35,315 nt of DNA from Octopus bimaculoides (GCF_001194135.2 NC_068983.1:28506369-28541683), one strand, 5' to 3'; positions 23,580 through 34,637 are shown, counted from the stretch's first letter. A program made the numbers and translations. The notes: generated from the sequence alone by a model not told the origin.

Positions 23580-23676
23580 TTACTACTACTACCATGACGA
23601 CAACTACTACTAGTACTACTACTACTGCTATTACTATTACTACCACCATTACCACAACCACCACCACCACCATCAT

Positions 23677-23721
<45 letters not shown>
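23483..23721. repeat. Compound (CTA)n/(CCA)n trinucleotide microsatellite, ~240 bp
   Basis: Direct inspection; it explains the poly-S, poly-V and poly-T ORFs. Confidence 0.95.
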
Positions 23722-24049
23722 ACGTATTGTTGCCAACACTTCTCTGCACAAATTGATTAGTCAAATGAATAACTAGCATAATACCTAGATAGCCTGATAC
23801 TTTCAACATCTACCCACTTATAGACTTGGAGCCCTTGCTATTTTCTTCTCTTCAATTGCCCCACTAGCCATTCTTCAGCTAATCACCATAACTGGTTCCT
23901 TTATTAATGTGGTTTTTAACTAGGATTTCACTGTCCCACTCATTTCCTCATCCAAAAACTTCTTACGTGATTATATTCATGTCATCATTTCCTGCTGCTA
24001 ATTGTCAACTTGCCATTATTACTTTGGATATGTATCTTGCAATAACAGC

Positions 24050-24280
24050 CTATATGAATATGGTAATATAAATAATAAATGAGTATATGCATATATACGT
24101 ACATGTATGTACATACCTACATCTACCTGTATATATAGATCCATATCTGGGTACAGGATGTTGCAAACAAAACAGACAAAATGAGGAACAGAGTACAGAA
24201 AACACACAGGCCACATAGAGAACATTTCCTTCATCAGCTGCCACCATTCTAACACTGGCGTTTCAAAGAGTTAGGGCCTG
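24050..24280 (-). mobile_element. Possible Penelope-like terminal-repeat relic with split hammerhead-like motifs
   Basis: On the - strand, GAAACGCC at 24264-24257 and CTGATGA at 24237-24231, followed by a T/G-rich segment and a (TA/TG)-rich run; the fold is incomplete. Confidence 0.4.
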
Positions 24281-24664
24281 GAATTTAGAACACTAAAGTA
24301 ATTACTTGCACATTATAACTCTGCTTGTTCATATTTTTTTATGACATCATCTTGACAACCTATAATTCACTATTTAAAATTCCAAAATATTTGTTACTGC
24401 CACCTTCCACTACATGTTTTTTTAATTGATTATCTGACAAAAACATATTTTTAGAATACAATTTTAAAAGAATGAGTATTTCCTCTTTTTATAATTATAG
24501 TTTAAGACCATACTGTAACCCTTATATTTTACCAAAACTGAGTCACAAACACTTCTCATTAATCTTGTAGATTTGTAGATCACCCTCTACAAATTACATA
24601 TCACATTTTGTCATGACTACTTATAATAAATACAAGATAATTCACACTTGTACATGATAATTTA

Positions 24665-24944
24665 GTGAAGGCACATGGCTCAGTGTTTAGAGAGTCTGGC
24701 TCACAATCATGAGGTAGCAAGTTCGATTCCCAGACTGGGCTGTGTTCTTGAACAAGACACTTTATTTTACATTGCTCCAGTTCACTTAGCTGTAGAAATG
24801 TGCCAAGCTGTATCAGCCACTGCCTTTCCATTGGATAACATTGGTGGCATGAAGAGGAGAGGCTTGTATGCATGGGTGATTATTGGTCTTCTATAAGCAA
24901 CCTTGACCAAACTTGTGCCTCAGAGGGGAACTTTCTGGGCACAA
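24665..24944 (+). mobile_element. SINE family D, full length
   Basis: A-box-like TGGCTCAGTGT and B-box-like GTTCGATTC; body homologous to 4152-4474, 7861-8083 and 29752-30084. Confidence 0.9.
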
Positions 24945-25467
24945 GGGGTCTTCTTCTTCATATGATAATTTAACATTTTGGTAGTAATAGAACAACAGCT
25001 AAGAAATTGCTAGTTGAGGAAGTTTTAAAACATGCAATGTACCTAACTTTCACTTTTAAAAAATGCAACTTAGTGGTTCAGCAAAAGAAGTGATAGAACG
25101 AATGCCAGACTTAAAATTATAAGTACTGGAGTTGATTTGATTGACTAAACCCTTCAAGGCAGTGCCCCAGCATGACAGCAGTCCTATGCCTAAAACAAAT
25201 AAAAGAATAAGACTCACTCCTGTTTTGATATATTCGTAGTTTCTTATTTTTATTACTGCAATATATAAATTATGTGATTATTTGTGATAGTTACGGTGTT
25301 ATAGATGCCATGTTTGCCCAACTACAGTCAATGAACTGCATATTGATTTATGTTTTAGTTACTTTTCTTTCATAAATGCACAACACAACACTCAACCAAG
25401 AATCATAAGAGTGGGCAGCAGCAGAATTGATTATTTTTTATGGATATTTGTTTGTTTATATTTCCTT

Positions 25468-25650
25468 TCTATTACTTGCTTCAGTCATTGAACTGTGGCC
25501 ATGCTGGTGTATGGTTTGAAGGATTTAATCTATGAAATTAATCTCAATGCTTACGCTATCAATTTCTTTTTGCTGAACCGCTTGAGTAATGGGGAAATAA
25601 ACAAACCTACACTAGTTGACAAATGGTGAGTGACAAACACNNNNNNNNNN

Positions 25651-25738
<88 letters not shown>

Positions 25739-25863
25739 CTGATGGGCTTTTGCAGGGTTTCCATCTACCAAATTTCCTCACAAGGCATTGCTCAAGCTTT
25801 GCTGCGAGAACAAACCTAAAACCATGTGGACACAAAACAATTTTTTTTTAATAACACAGCCAT
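25468..25863 (-). mobile_element. Old SINE family A copy containing an expanded (CA)n (25651-25738) and a 10-N gap
   Basis: cttcagtcattgaactgtggccatgctgg, ttttgctgaaccgct and tttccatctaccaaatt..cacaaggc blocks match 8328-8673. Confidence 0.75.
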
Positions 25864-25895
25864 GTTTGTATCTATATTTAACCATTATTCATTTC

Positions 25896-26346
25896 AGGCT
25901 GGCAGATTTTCTAACACATTGGATAAAATGATTAACAGCATATCTTCCAGCTCTTTACCTTAAGTGTTCAAATTCCACCAAGGTCGACTTTGCCTTTTAT
26001 TCTTTTGGGGTCAATAAAATAAGTACCAGTTTAGCACTGGGCTCAATCAATGAAATCCCTTCCCTACAAAACTACTGGCCTTGCATCAATATTTGAAGCT
26101 ATTATTATCATCATTTATTACTATTAAGGTGCAAGCTGGCAGAATTGTTATCATGCTAGACAAAATGCATAGCAACATTTCATCCATTTTTACATTTCTT
26201 AGTTCAAATTTCACCAAGGTTGACTGTGCCTTTCTTTTTGGGAGTTGATAAGATAAGTACCAGTTGAGCAATGGAGCTGATGTATTCGACTAGCCTTTCC
26301 TGCCAATACTTCAGGCCTTATGTCTATATTAGAAAGCATTATTATT
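25896..26346 (+). mobile_element. Two head-to-tail SINE family B copies (25896-26108 and 26126-26346)
   Basis: Each has ttcaaatt.caccaaggt.gact.tgcc.tt..ttttggg..ataa.ataagtaccagtt and ends in (ATT)n. Confidence 0.85.
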
Positions 26347-26364
26347 TAATATTATTGTTTTGCC

Positions 26365-26456
26365 TTGGTGCAGCCATCTGGTTCGCCAGTCCTCAGTCAA
26401 ATCGTCCAACCCATGCTAGCATGGAAAGCAGACATTAAACGATGATGAGGATGATG
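26365..26456 (+). mobile_element. SINE family C or RTE 3' tail fragment
   Basis: gccatctg.ttcgccagt.c.cagtcaaatcg.ccaacccatgctagcatggaaag..gac.ttaaa.gatgatga matches 17243-17323. Confidence 0.85.
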
Positions 26457-26669
26457 TTTTGCCTTATTTTTACAATGTAAGTTACTTTCATTTAAGATTT
26501 TCAATAATCCAGAGTCACTACAGTCCTCTTAGATGGTCTGTACCTAAATATAAGAATAAATCCCAAAATTAATATCTCTTTTTTAAGATAATCAAAAAAT
26601 ATGTTCGATATTATAGAATATTTTTTTTTTAAATGCAACAATGAACAAATACATTGCCCTTTCTATAAT

Positions 26670-26888
26670 GATATTGGTTTCAAATTTTGTTACAAGGCCA
26701 GCAGTTTTGAAGGAGGGTTAAGTCAATTACATCAATTCCAGTGTTCAACTGGTTACATATTTTATCAACTCCAAAGGAATGAAATGCTAAGTTAACCCCA
26801 GCAGCATTTGAACTCAGAATGTAAAGACGAACAAAATGCTGCTAACCATTTTGCCCAGCTGCTAATGACTCTGCCAACTCTTTGCTTT
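26670..26888 (-). mobile_element. SINE family B, inverted relative to its neighbours
   Basis: Reverse complement carries the head, ttctgagttcaaatgctgctgggg, and the tail ..aaaactgctggccttgtaacaaaatttgaaacc. Confidence 0.8.
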
Positions 26889-27017
26889 CCATGTACCCAC
26901 AAGGTTTGGGTACATGGAGTGAATAAAATCATAACATAAACAATTAAATATAAGAAACAATAATTTCTTAAAGTATGTGTTAGTCCCCATGTACCCAGAT
27001 TTTGTGGACACCCTGTA
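26889..27017. mobile_element. Small Tc1/mariner-type MITE with a rearranged left end
   Basis: Right end reads (reverse complement) TA-CAGGGTGTCCACAAAATCTGGGTACATGG; a matching partial TIR ccacaaggtttgggtacatgg lies at 26897-26917. Confidence 0.6.
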
Positions 27018-27250
27018 TAATAATATTAGCTACATAAATCATTACCATCATTATTGTCATTCTACATCTGCCTTCTATACTTAGAGGGGTTGGACAAGCC
27101 ATTTCTGCTTTCCTTACAGTTTGGTGTCTATAGCTTGTATGCATGCATACATACAGTTGCAACTACAAATGCTGATTATGTCACCCTTCTGTGAAGGACA
27201 TATTACAAAGTCCACAGCTGGTCAAAAATATCATCAAGATATTAACTACT

Positions 27251-27486
27251 GAAGGCGGCGAGCTGGCAGAAACGTTAGCACACCGGGTGAAATGCTTAGC
27301 GGTATTTTGTCTACCGCTGTTCTGACTTCAAATTCTGCTGAGGTTGACTTTGTCTTTTATCATTTCGGGGTCGATTAAATAAGTACCAGTTACGCTCTGG
27401 GTCGATATATAATCGACTTAATCCATTCGTCTGTCCTTGTTTGTCCCTTCTGTGTGTAGCTCCTTGTGGGCAGTAAAGAAATAAGA
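27251..27486 (+). mobile_element. SINE family B, full length, with imperfect 13-bp TSD
   Basis: tRNA-like head gaaggcggcgagctggcagaa..gttagc; TSD GATATTAACTACT (27238-50) and GATACTAACTACC (27485-97). The central ..tttcatcctttcggggtcgataaa..taagtacc block resembles Nin/Deu-type SINE domains (from memory). Confidence 0.9.
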
Positions 27487-28582
27487 TACTAACTACCTTT
27501 GTGACATGGTATGCTTGTTCAAATAATATTTCCCAACTAGAGTATGTTACATGCATTTTTTCATGGCACCATAAAAATCTACCTCACTGTAGCTCATTGA
27601 GAAGACCTACTCCTGACCCCTGATGCAGTATTTAGCAGTAGAAAGGAGGATATCCAAAAGCAAAAGTTTGTTTTCTCAATTGTCATGTGTATGGTAGCTT
27701 GGAAAATCATATAGAAGATACTACTCCATAGCGTATTCATGCTGTTTCCCCTGTTCTTTTCTAGAAAAAGTACTTTAGTCAATATAAGTAACTAATTTAC
27801 TTCACGGTAAGTACATAATTTATAGCAGGGGCATGTGGGGTCGTCTAATGTCCATTTTGTTGTTCCAATGAAATACTGCATTTAGACTAAGCTCTTGATT
27901 TATTTCATCAACCATTAGAAGCATCAATAAATTATATATATACAATAAATAAGTAACGCATCAGTAATTCTTCAATCTGTTTCTATTCATAGTAATTTTC
28001 TGAATCTGACCACCCATCTCATAACAATGCTACATTCAAGCATTTAACTAAATTATTTCACAAATTTGCCTTCATGATTTGGTGATTCTATAACCAAAAT
28101 CATTGAATTTCATTACAACTATGCAATTAATTCAAATATCTCTTTTCCATTTTCTCTAAAACAATTACAACTCTCTCTAGAACCAGTATATCTTTAAAAT
28201 CTTCATTAGTTTTCCTTAATGAAATTCTGCTTATTTTATTTTTATCTCTTGTATATTACTGATATTATTGTATTTCTTATCCTGTACTTCCCCCATTATA
28301 ACTTTGTCCTTTGCAATCTAACATTCTATAATAAATATTTTCAGTATTGCCAAACAATTTATTTTACTGGTGATGTGTTATCCTATTTTTATATCTCATA
28401 ACTTTCTCATTAATCTCCCTACCTTTTTGTTGGAATTTCTTTTTAGTAATTTTCAATATTTTATCTAATCATATATTCAATTTATCATTATGTGACTGTT
28501 ATGATTCTTATTATTGTAGATGTAGCTGTTTGCAAACAATCATCATCACCATCATCATCATCATCATCATTATTATCATAAT

Positions 28583-28720
28583 AAAGACAGCAACTTGTCA
28601 GAATCATTAGTATGCCAAGCAAAATACTTAGTGGCATTTCATCCATCTTTGTGTTCCCAATTCAAATTCCACCAAGATTGACTTTTTCTCTCAGCCTTCT
28701 GAGATCGATAAATTAAGTAA
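28583..28720 (+). mobile_element. SINE family B, 3'-truncated, following (CAT)n
   Basis: ttcaaattccaccaagattgactt..gatcgataaattaagta. Confidence 0.75.
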
Positions 28721-28749
28721 GCTCAGTGCACCTTGGATATGTGCTGTAG

Positions 28750-28880
28750 TTTGTTTTGGTGCTGTTATTTTCACTGTATTAAAAGTACTTTACATAGGAT
28801 GTGTGCGGTGCCTAGCAGTGCTATTTTTCTGTATGTTATATATATTCATAAGTCCTGGTGTTTTGGTTATGCATTTATCT
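28750..28880 (-). mobile_element. C-terminal fragment of an R4/Dong-type (RLE) LINE
   Basis: DKCITKTPGLMNIYNIQK then, after a frameshift, IALLGTAHILCKVL; this is the typical ALLGTA.ILR.VL C-terminus. Confidence 0.65.
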
Positions 28881-28893
28881 ACTGCTGCTGCTG

Positions 28894-28930
<37 letters not shown>

Positions 28931-28941
28931 CATTATTAGAA

Positions 28942-29398
28942 TGATGGTGGCCTAGCACTTTTGTTACTATGCCAGACAAGACAAAATGCTTAGCAGCGTT
29001 CTTTTTATTGTTACATTCTGAGTTCAAACTCCACCAAGATAGAATTTGCCTGTAATCCTTCCAGGGTCAATAAATTAAGTACCAGTTGAGCACTGAGGTT
29101 GATATATAATCAACTGTCCCTTCCCTGACATTTCAGGCCATGTGCCTTTAGTAGAAAGGATTATTATTGCTATTATTAAAAGGGTGGAGAGCTGGCAGAA
29201 TTCTTAGCATGTCATATGAAATGCTTGGCAGTATTTCATCCATCTGTAAATTTTGAGCCCAAATTCCACCAAGGTCAACTTTGCCCTTCATTCTCCCAGG
29301 GTCGATGAAATAAGAACCAGTTGAATAATGGGGTGGATTAAACAACAGGCCCATCCAACAAAATTTCAGGCCTTGTGCCAATAGTAGAATGGATTATT
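28942..29398 (+). mobile_element. Two head-to-tail SINE family B copies (28942-29165 and 29178-29398)
   Basis: Both have ttcaaa.tccaccaag..ccagggtc.at.aa.taag.accagttga and a caggcc.tgtgcc..tagtagaa.ggattatt tail. Confidence 0.85.
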
Positions 29399-29503
29399 AA
29401 GTGGTCTTGTTTCTTTGAGTAGTTTGAGCATAACTCTGTGAGCTTTGGTTACATTGCAGTGCTTTGTTTCGGGTTTGTATTTTCTATTGTACTGACAATA
29501 CTA

Positions 29504-29718
29504 CACGGACAGAGGGTGCTGAAAAGTTCCTGTCTTTCAGGGTATTGTAAAAGGTCTGGTTAGAGGCCCCTTCCAAACTTTTTTACAAGGTTTCGAAAAA
29601 CTGAACGGCGGCTGCAATAGATGTGTGAATCTGAGAGTGGAATATGTTGAATAAAATCGTAATTAACTGATCTTCCTGTATTTTTACCCAAAGCCAGGAA
29701 CTTTTCAGCACCTCCTCG
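29504..29718 (+). mobile_element. Mariner-derived MITE, copy 2
   Basis: TIR g.gggtgctgaaaagttcctg.cttt at both ends; retains LQGFEKLNGGCNRCVNLRVEYVE*, resembling the mariner transposase C-terminus. Confidence 0.85.
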
Positions 29719-29751
29719 TGTGTGTGTGTGTGTGTGTGTGCGTGTGTAACG

Positions 29752-30084
29752 GGTAAAGACCACCATTGCCCATGAATGACCATGGAATTGCACCTAGAAA
29801 GTATCCCCACAACTGAGGCACAAGACTGGCCAAGGTCGTTTATGGAAGACCAGCAGATGCCCATGCATACCAGCCTCCCCTCTCTATACCACTGATGTTA
29901 TCCAAGGAAAAAACAAAGTCTAATACAGTTTGGCACTTGTGATGTTGCAACTCATTTCTACAACTGAGTGAACTAGGGTAACGTGAAATCTTGCTCAAGA
30001 ACACAACTCACAGACTGGCTCAGAAATTGAAATCACTACCTCATGATTGTGAGCCTGATGCTCTAACCACTGAGCTATTCACCT
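29752..30084 (-). mobile_element. SINE family D, near full length
   Basis: Homologous to 24665-24944 in reverse. Confidence 0.85.
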
Positions 30085-30172
30085 GGGGCTCCTGGCCTAG
30101 CCAGTTCCTGTGAAGCCATCCAATCCATGCCAGCATGGAAAATAGACATTAAATAATGATGATGATGATGAT
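30085..30172 (+). mobile_element. SINE family C or RTE 3' tail fragment
   Basis: ccaatccatgccagcatggaaaatagacattaaa(tga)n. Confidence 0.75.
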
Positions 30173-30479
30173 ATACATACACAATCACTTTTCTGTTGGA
30201 ATTTCATAATGCTAGTATAACTTCCAGTGTTTTGAAAGCTCTGACATGGTGATGTTTGCAAATACATCCTTTTTGGCTAAGAGAAGACAGCCAGATATAA
30301 TATGATTTATTGTTTCTTCCTCACTTTCACATACTCTATGGTCACTGTATTCTGCTTTGTTATGTTTTTCCTTTTTTGGGTGAGTGTATGTGTGTCTATC
30401 TGTGTGTGTTCATGCACATGTGTATGTGTTTGTTTTCTTGTGGGGAGTATTTGATCATGTGCCCCAATCAAAAATCCAT

Positions 30480-32300
30480 CCGTTTTGAGTCTTGTACATC
30501 ACAGTTGAGTTGTTAATTCTCTTTATCCATTTCTGCTTTGTTCATATTTTTCAAGCATGAGCCATGTAGGTGATTTTCTTAACATATTTTAGCATGACAT
30601 CGCATAGCATGGCATAACAGCCTGTAGCTTTATTTTTAGCTTAGATTTTATTTTTGCACAATTTAGGAATTTGTGTTATCAATTCTCTTATCTCCTCATA
30701 ATTATCTGTCATTTCAGCCTGTTTCATATTTGTGCTTCCTTGAAGACACAAAATAGTTTTTTCTTTTGTTTGTATTTTGTCACTATATGCATTAGTTTTC
30801 TTTATTCTTCACTAGATATTTTTCTACTCCTACAGCAGCTACTTTATAAACAGATTTACATTTAGTTGCATAAGACCCCCAAAGTTTCTGCATTCCTGCT
30901 GAACATAATCTTTCTCTGACAGATATTGGGGGTAGTATTCTAATTGCAGTCACTGTTTCAATTGTTTTTTTCTTTCTAATCATACTACTTCAGTTAGTAT
31001 TCAATAGAGTACAGTATAGCTATATTTTATTACTAGATTAGCTTGAATATTGATGCATATTGCCTTATTTTCATTTTTATTTTTTCATTTAGCTCTGTTA
31101 AATATTAATCTAACGTATCTAATATTCTTTCTTAAGCCTTTCTTTCATTTATGTGTGTCATACTGTACTGTCTAATTCATTGATTCATAATTGCTTGTAG
31201 GTCTATTTCTGCATTTCTCTTATCCAGGTTTCTTTATCAACCATATATTAGTGTTCTTACTTGTTTCCCCTCTTCAAAGTTGTATTAACACATATTCATA
31301 ATTCAACCTCAGATAAATTTCTCGAATAATTTTATCTCCGCTCTGCAGTAATGCTTCTAGTTGGTTATCAGTAGCATACAACTTACAGTTACTCACTGAC
31401 AAAAGATGGATAATTGTCCTTGCATTTGTATCCATGTCCAGTCCTATTCAATATGTCAGTTAAAGTGCTAGTCTCAGTAAAAAAAAAGAAGTGGTAAAAA
31501 AAAAGAGTTCCCATGGAAAATTCCTCTTCTAATGGGGATAGAGATGATTATTATAATTCCCTCTTTTATTTTTATCTGCAGGATTATTTGCCATTTACTC
31601 ATGAGGTGTTTGATGAATCTTATTACTATGGTGCCACCTTGTTTCCACAATCTATAAGTAGAGAATAATCTCAAAAGATTTCTGGTAGTCAATCCATGTC
31701 ATGTTTAGACCTTTCTTTCTCATTCTACAGTTTTGGTGAGCCTTTACAGCACCACTTCTGCTCTTCAGGTAACAGGTAACTTCTTTCTCTATGTCAGATC
31801 ACAAGAAGCAGATGCATCAGTTTTAAGGTTTGTCATTTCTATAGTCTTGAGTTAAGATAGTTTCTCAGCTAAGTGAGTCATGTATTTATAATTCTGTATC
31901 TTATCAAATGCCTTTGTTAGTATCTCATGTAACCCTATTAGATAATGTAACCAGAAGTTTAAAATTTGATTGTGTTTTGTTGCCTTCCAGTAATTTGTTG
32001 TTTGCAGTGTCTAGGCTACTTCTTGTGTCATTATAGCTTTACACAAATGTACACATGCTATGTTGATTGTTTTCAACAATCTCATCAATGACGACTCTTT
32101 TACTGCCCACACTCACTGGTTGTTTGGCTGCATTGATTTCTGTTATATTTTTACCTAGTTCTTCATAAAATCATTTATTGACTGGCATTAAGAATCAAGA
32201 AGAGATATTCATTCCATGATTAAATTTAACAATCCATGGAATCAATCTTCTTTTCACTTTATTTAAACAGACACCAATTTCCTGTTATTTTAGCATCTTC
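30480..32300 (-). pseudogene. Degenerate R4/Dong-type (RLE) non-LTR retrotransposon, RT and downstream region
   Basis: PEEQKWCCKGS; NMTWIDYQKSFE (frameshifted, RT domain 3); IPIRRGIFHGNSF..PLLF (QGDSLSPLLF-like); KLYATDNQLEALLQ; ERLC..; HLHG..MNKAEMDKE. Confidence 0.8.
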
Positions 32301-32499
32301 AATAATGATCGTTAACAAATCACATATGTTTTCGTTTTTATTTTATAATCTTCTCCAACATAGTTAATTAAGCTAAACCTATTTGATATCATTACTGATG
32401 GGATAGGTACAACAACAATATTAAGTAGAGTGAATATCAAGGAAATTGAGAAAACAGAGATAAATCAAGGCTTTGGTGGAGGGGGTAAAATATTGTGAA

Positions 32500-32690
32500 A
32501 CACAGGGGTGAAAATTGTTCTATGGTACTTCCTGCGCTCTACACAGTACCTAAACTGCTACTGAAGACACTAAATGATATTGGAATTGAGACATGTATTA
32601 ATAAGTTGCAGAAATCGCTATTCTACTCTCTGCAAGAATCCATAGAAAGATCTTTGAGATTTGAAGAGACTTGTGATTACCAAACCTAAG
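32500..32690 (+). mobile_element. 3' end of an R4/Dong-type LINE, opposite orientation to 30480-32300
   Basis: TVPKLLLKTLNDIGIETCINKLQKS then, after a frameshift, AILLSARIHRKIFEI*; matches the GTVPK.L...L..I.....I..IQK.ALL.SARILR.V C-terminus. Confidence 0.7.
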
Positions 32691-33699
32691 GATAACATCT
32701 CTGGAACTAAACTAGCATGCAATAGGTTTTTTATGGTGATCATGACGATGATGGTAACAATGATGGTGGTTTCTTTTATTGGCTACAAGTTTCCAAGACA
32801 TTGAAGACAATAGCACAAAATACAATATACTGCAACAAAATGCAGTAAACAAGAACCAATCTTACTTTCAAGAATCACATTTGAAAGACAAAACTGAAGA
32901 CTTGATAATTATGACTGAAAAACAATGCCCCCCCCCCATCACCACCACCACCAACTATATTTTATCAGCTGGCTACATGTGGCAGCAAAACACCATTTGC
33001 ATAAAACATACTGTAATGTGAAGGTTGTGCCTACAATTCCACCAGAAGTTGACAGCCTAAAGCGAACAATGCATACTGCCTCCCTGCTTCATATGCGTAA
33101 CCTGATTACTACATTTGTTTATCAAATGCATTACCTTTTTTTTTTCTTTATACCTCAGAACCTCCATGTGGTCACTTGACTTGTTAAAAATAACAATTAA
33201 ATTTCCCTCATATCCAAGCTTATCGCCTTTAAAAAATGAGGGGCTAAGAGGCACACATAGTTTTGGATAACCCTAAAATAGCAAGATGGTGACAACTGAA
33301 ATGTTATTGACCGAAGGGCTACTCAAAAAGTACTGATCTGAGATCAAACAACAGAAGCATTCAAAATACTGGTGATTCAGTAGACTTAAAGAACCTATTC
33401 TTGTTTTACAAAGATCAATTCTTCAGTTTAAGACTGCATGTCTTACTTTCACTCATATAGCAACAATTTCACTATCCTTTATTTCCATAGAATCGGTACA
33501 TAAAAGAGTACATTTCTGTTTGTTTCCAAATCCCTTCTTAGTAATTTCAAGATATTTCCTACTAAACCATTAAGGCACAGAATACCCGAATACCCTTCAA
33601 GTTTATATTTTTACCGTCACTTGTATTTACTGTAACACTTTATCTTCCTTACCACAAAACTTTATTATTTTCTCAATCAGCTTTATATTTTTTTGCAAA

Positions 33700-34260
33700 C
33701 TACTAACCCTACTTTGCCTTTTTTTATATAAATATACAAAAAAAACCTATCAATACTATTTCAAGGATGTAATGCCCATCTATTAACATGTCTTTGTGTC
33801 TTCTTCTCTGAATGCAACAACTCACTTTTTTTATTTCATTTTATAAGTCTCACAACACTTCAAAAGAGTCACATTTTAATGGCTACTTTTATTTATTTTT
33901 TTTTTTTTAGGTTATATTTCAGCATGAATATTTTAACCTCTTAAAGTATAGTTTTCTACATAATTCCTTCATATTTTTTCTCATTATCTTTTCTAACTCT
34001 AACATATCTATCTATAAAGACTTCACTAACAATCTGTTTTATCACTTTTATATTTAGTTATTGCTATCCATTAAATTCCATTGTTTTCGTTCCGTTCATT
34101 GTCAAGAACCTGTACCTTTCTTTTTTTTTTTTTAATCTCAAATTCCATCTCAATGTCTTCATTAAGCCTATAGTACACTAAGATATGTTTTTGATCTTTC
34201 TTCTTTGTGAACAGCTTCAAGTCATCTATAGATATCTGACTGATTTTTTTTGTTTTTTTT
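33700..34260 (-). mobile_element. Further R4/Dong-type LINE RT fragment
   Basis: QISIDDLKLFTKK..EDIEMEFEIKK (YMDDLKL..DIGMEFG-like) and KTQRHVNRWALHP*NSIDRF (RKTRK....ALHPK..VDRL-like). Confidence 0.7.
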
Positions 34261-34429
34261 ACTGCTTTTTTTTCGTTATACATACATCCACTTAGAATAC
34301 AATAGGCAAAGGGAACAAATTATCATTCTGGAATATTCTTCAATTGATCTTAAAATTTTTTGTTACATCTCTCTTCTTCAACTACTCAACTATTCATGAA
34401 TGAAGAATTATACTGCTGCTGTTGTTATT

Positions 34430-34432
34430 CCA

Positions 34433-34467
<35 letters not shown>

Positions 34468-34487
34468 CACGCGCACGCACACACATG

Positions 34488-34512
<25 letters not shown>
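34430..34512. repeat. (CA)n/(CG) microsatellite
   Basis: Direct inspection. Confidence 0.95.
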
Positions 34513-34518
<6 letters not shown>

Positions 34519-34596
34519 ATATAGGTGTATATGCAAAACAAGGCAGTGCCCCAGCATGTTCACAGTTTCTTTCTCTTTGTATATGTGAGTGTGTGC

Positions 34597-34637
<41 letters not shown>

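Larger units (their letters stand above)
388..25650. other. Assembly gaps (N): 388-397, 3045-3054, 8674-8976, 10120-11050, 13582-13733, 16635-16941, 20585-21134, 25641-25650
   Basis: Runs of n totalling about 2.3 kb; exons or element parts may be hidden in them. Confidence 1.

Noticed and set aside
27950-28400. Possible LINE endonuclease relic on the - strand
   Set aside because: There is only a vague resemblance and no diagnostic motif could be read.
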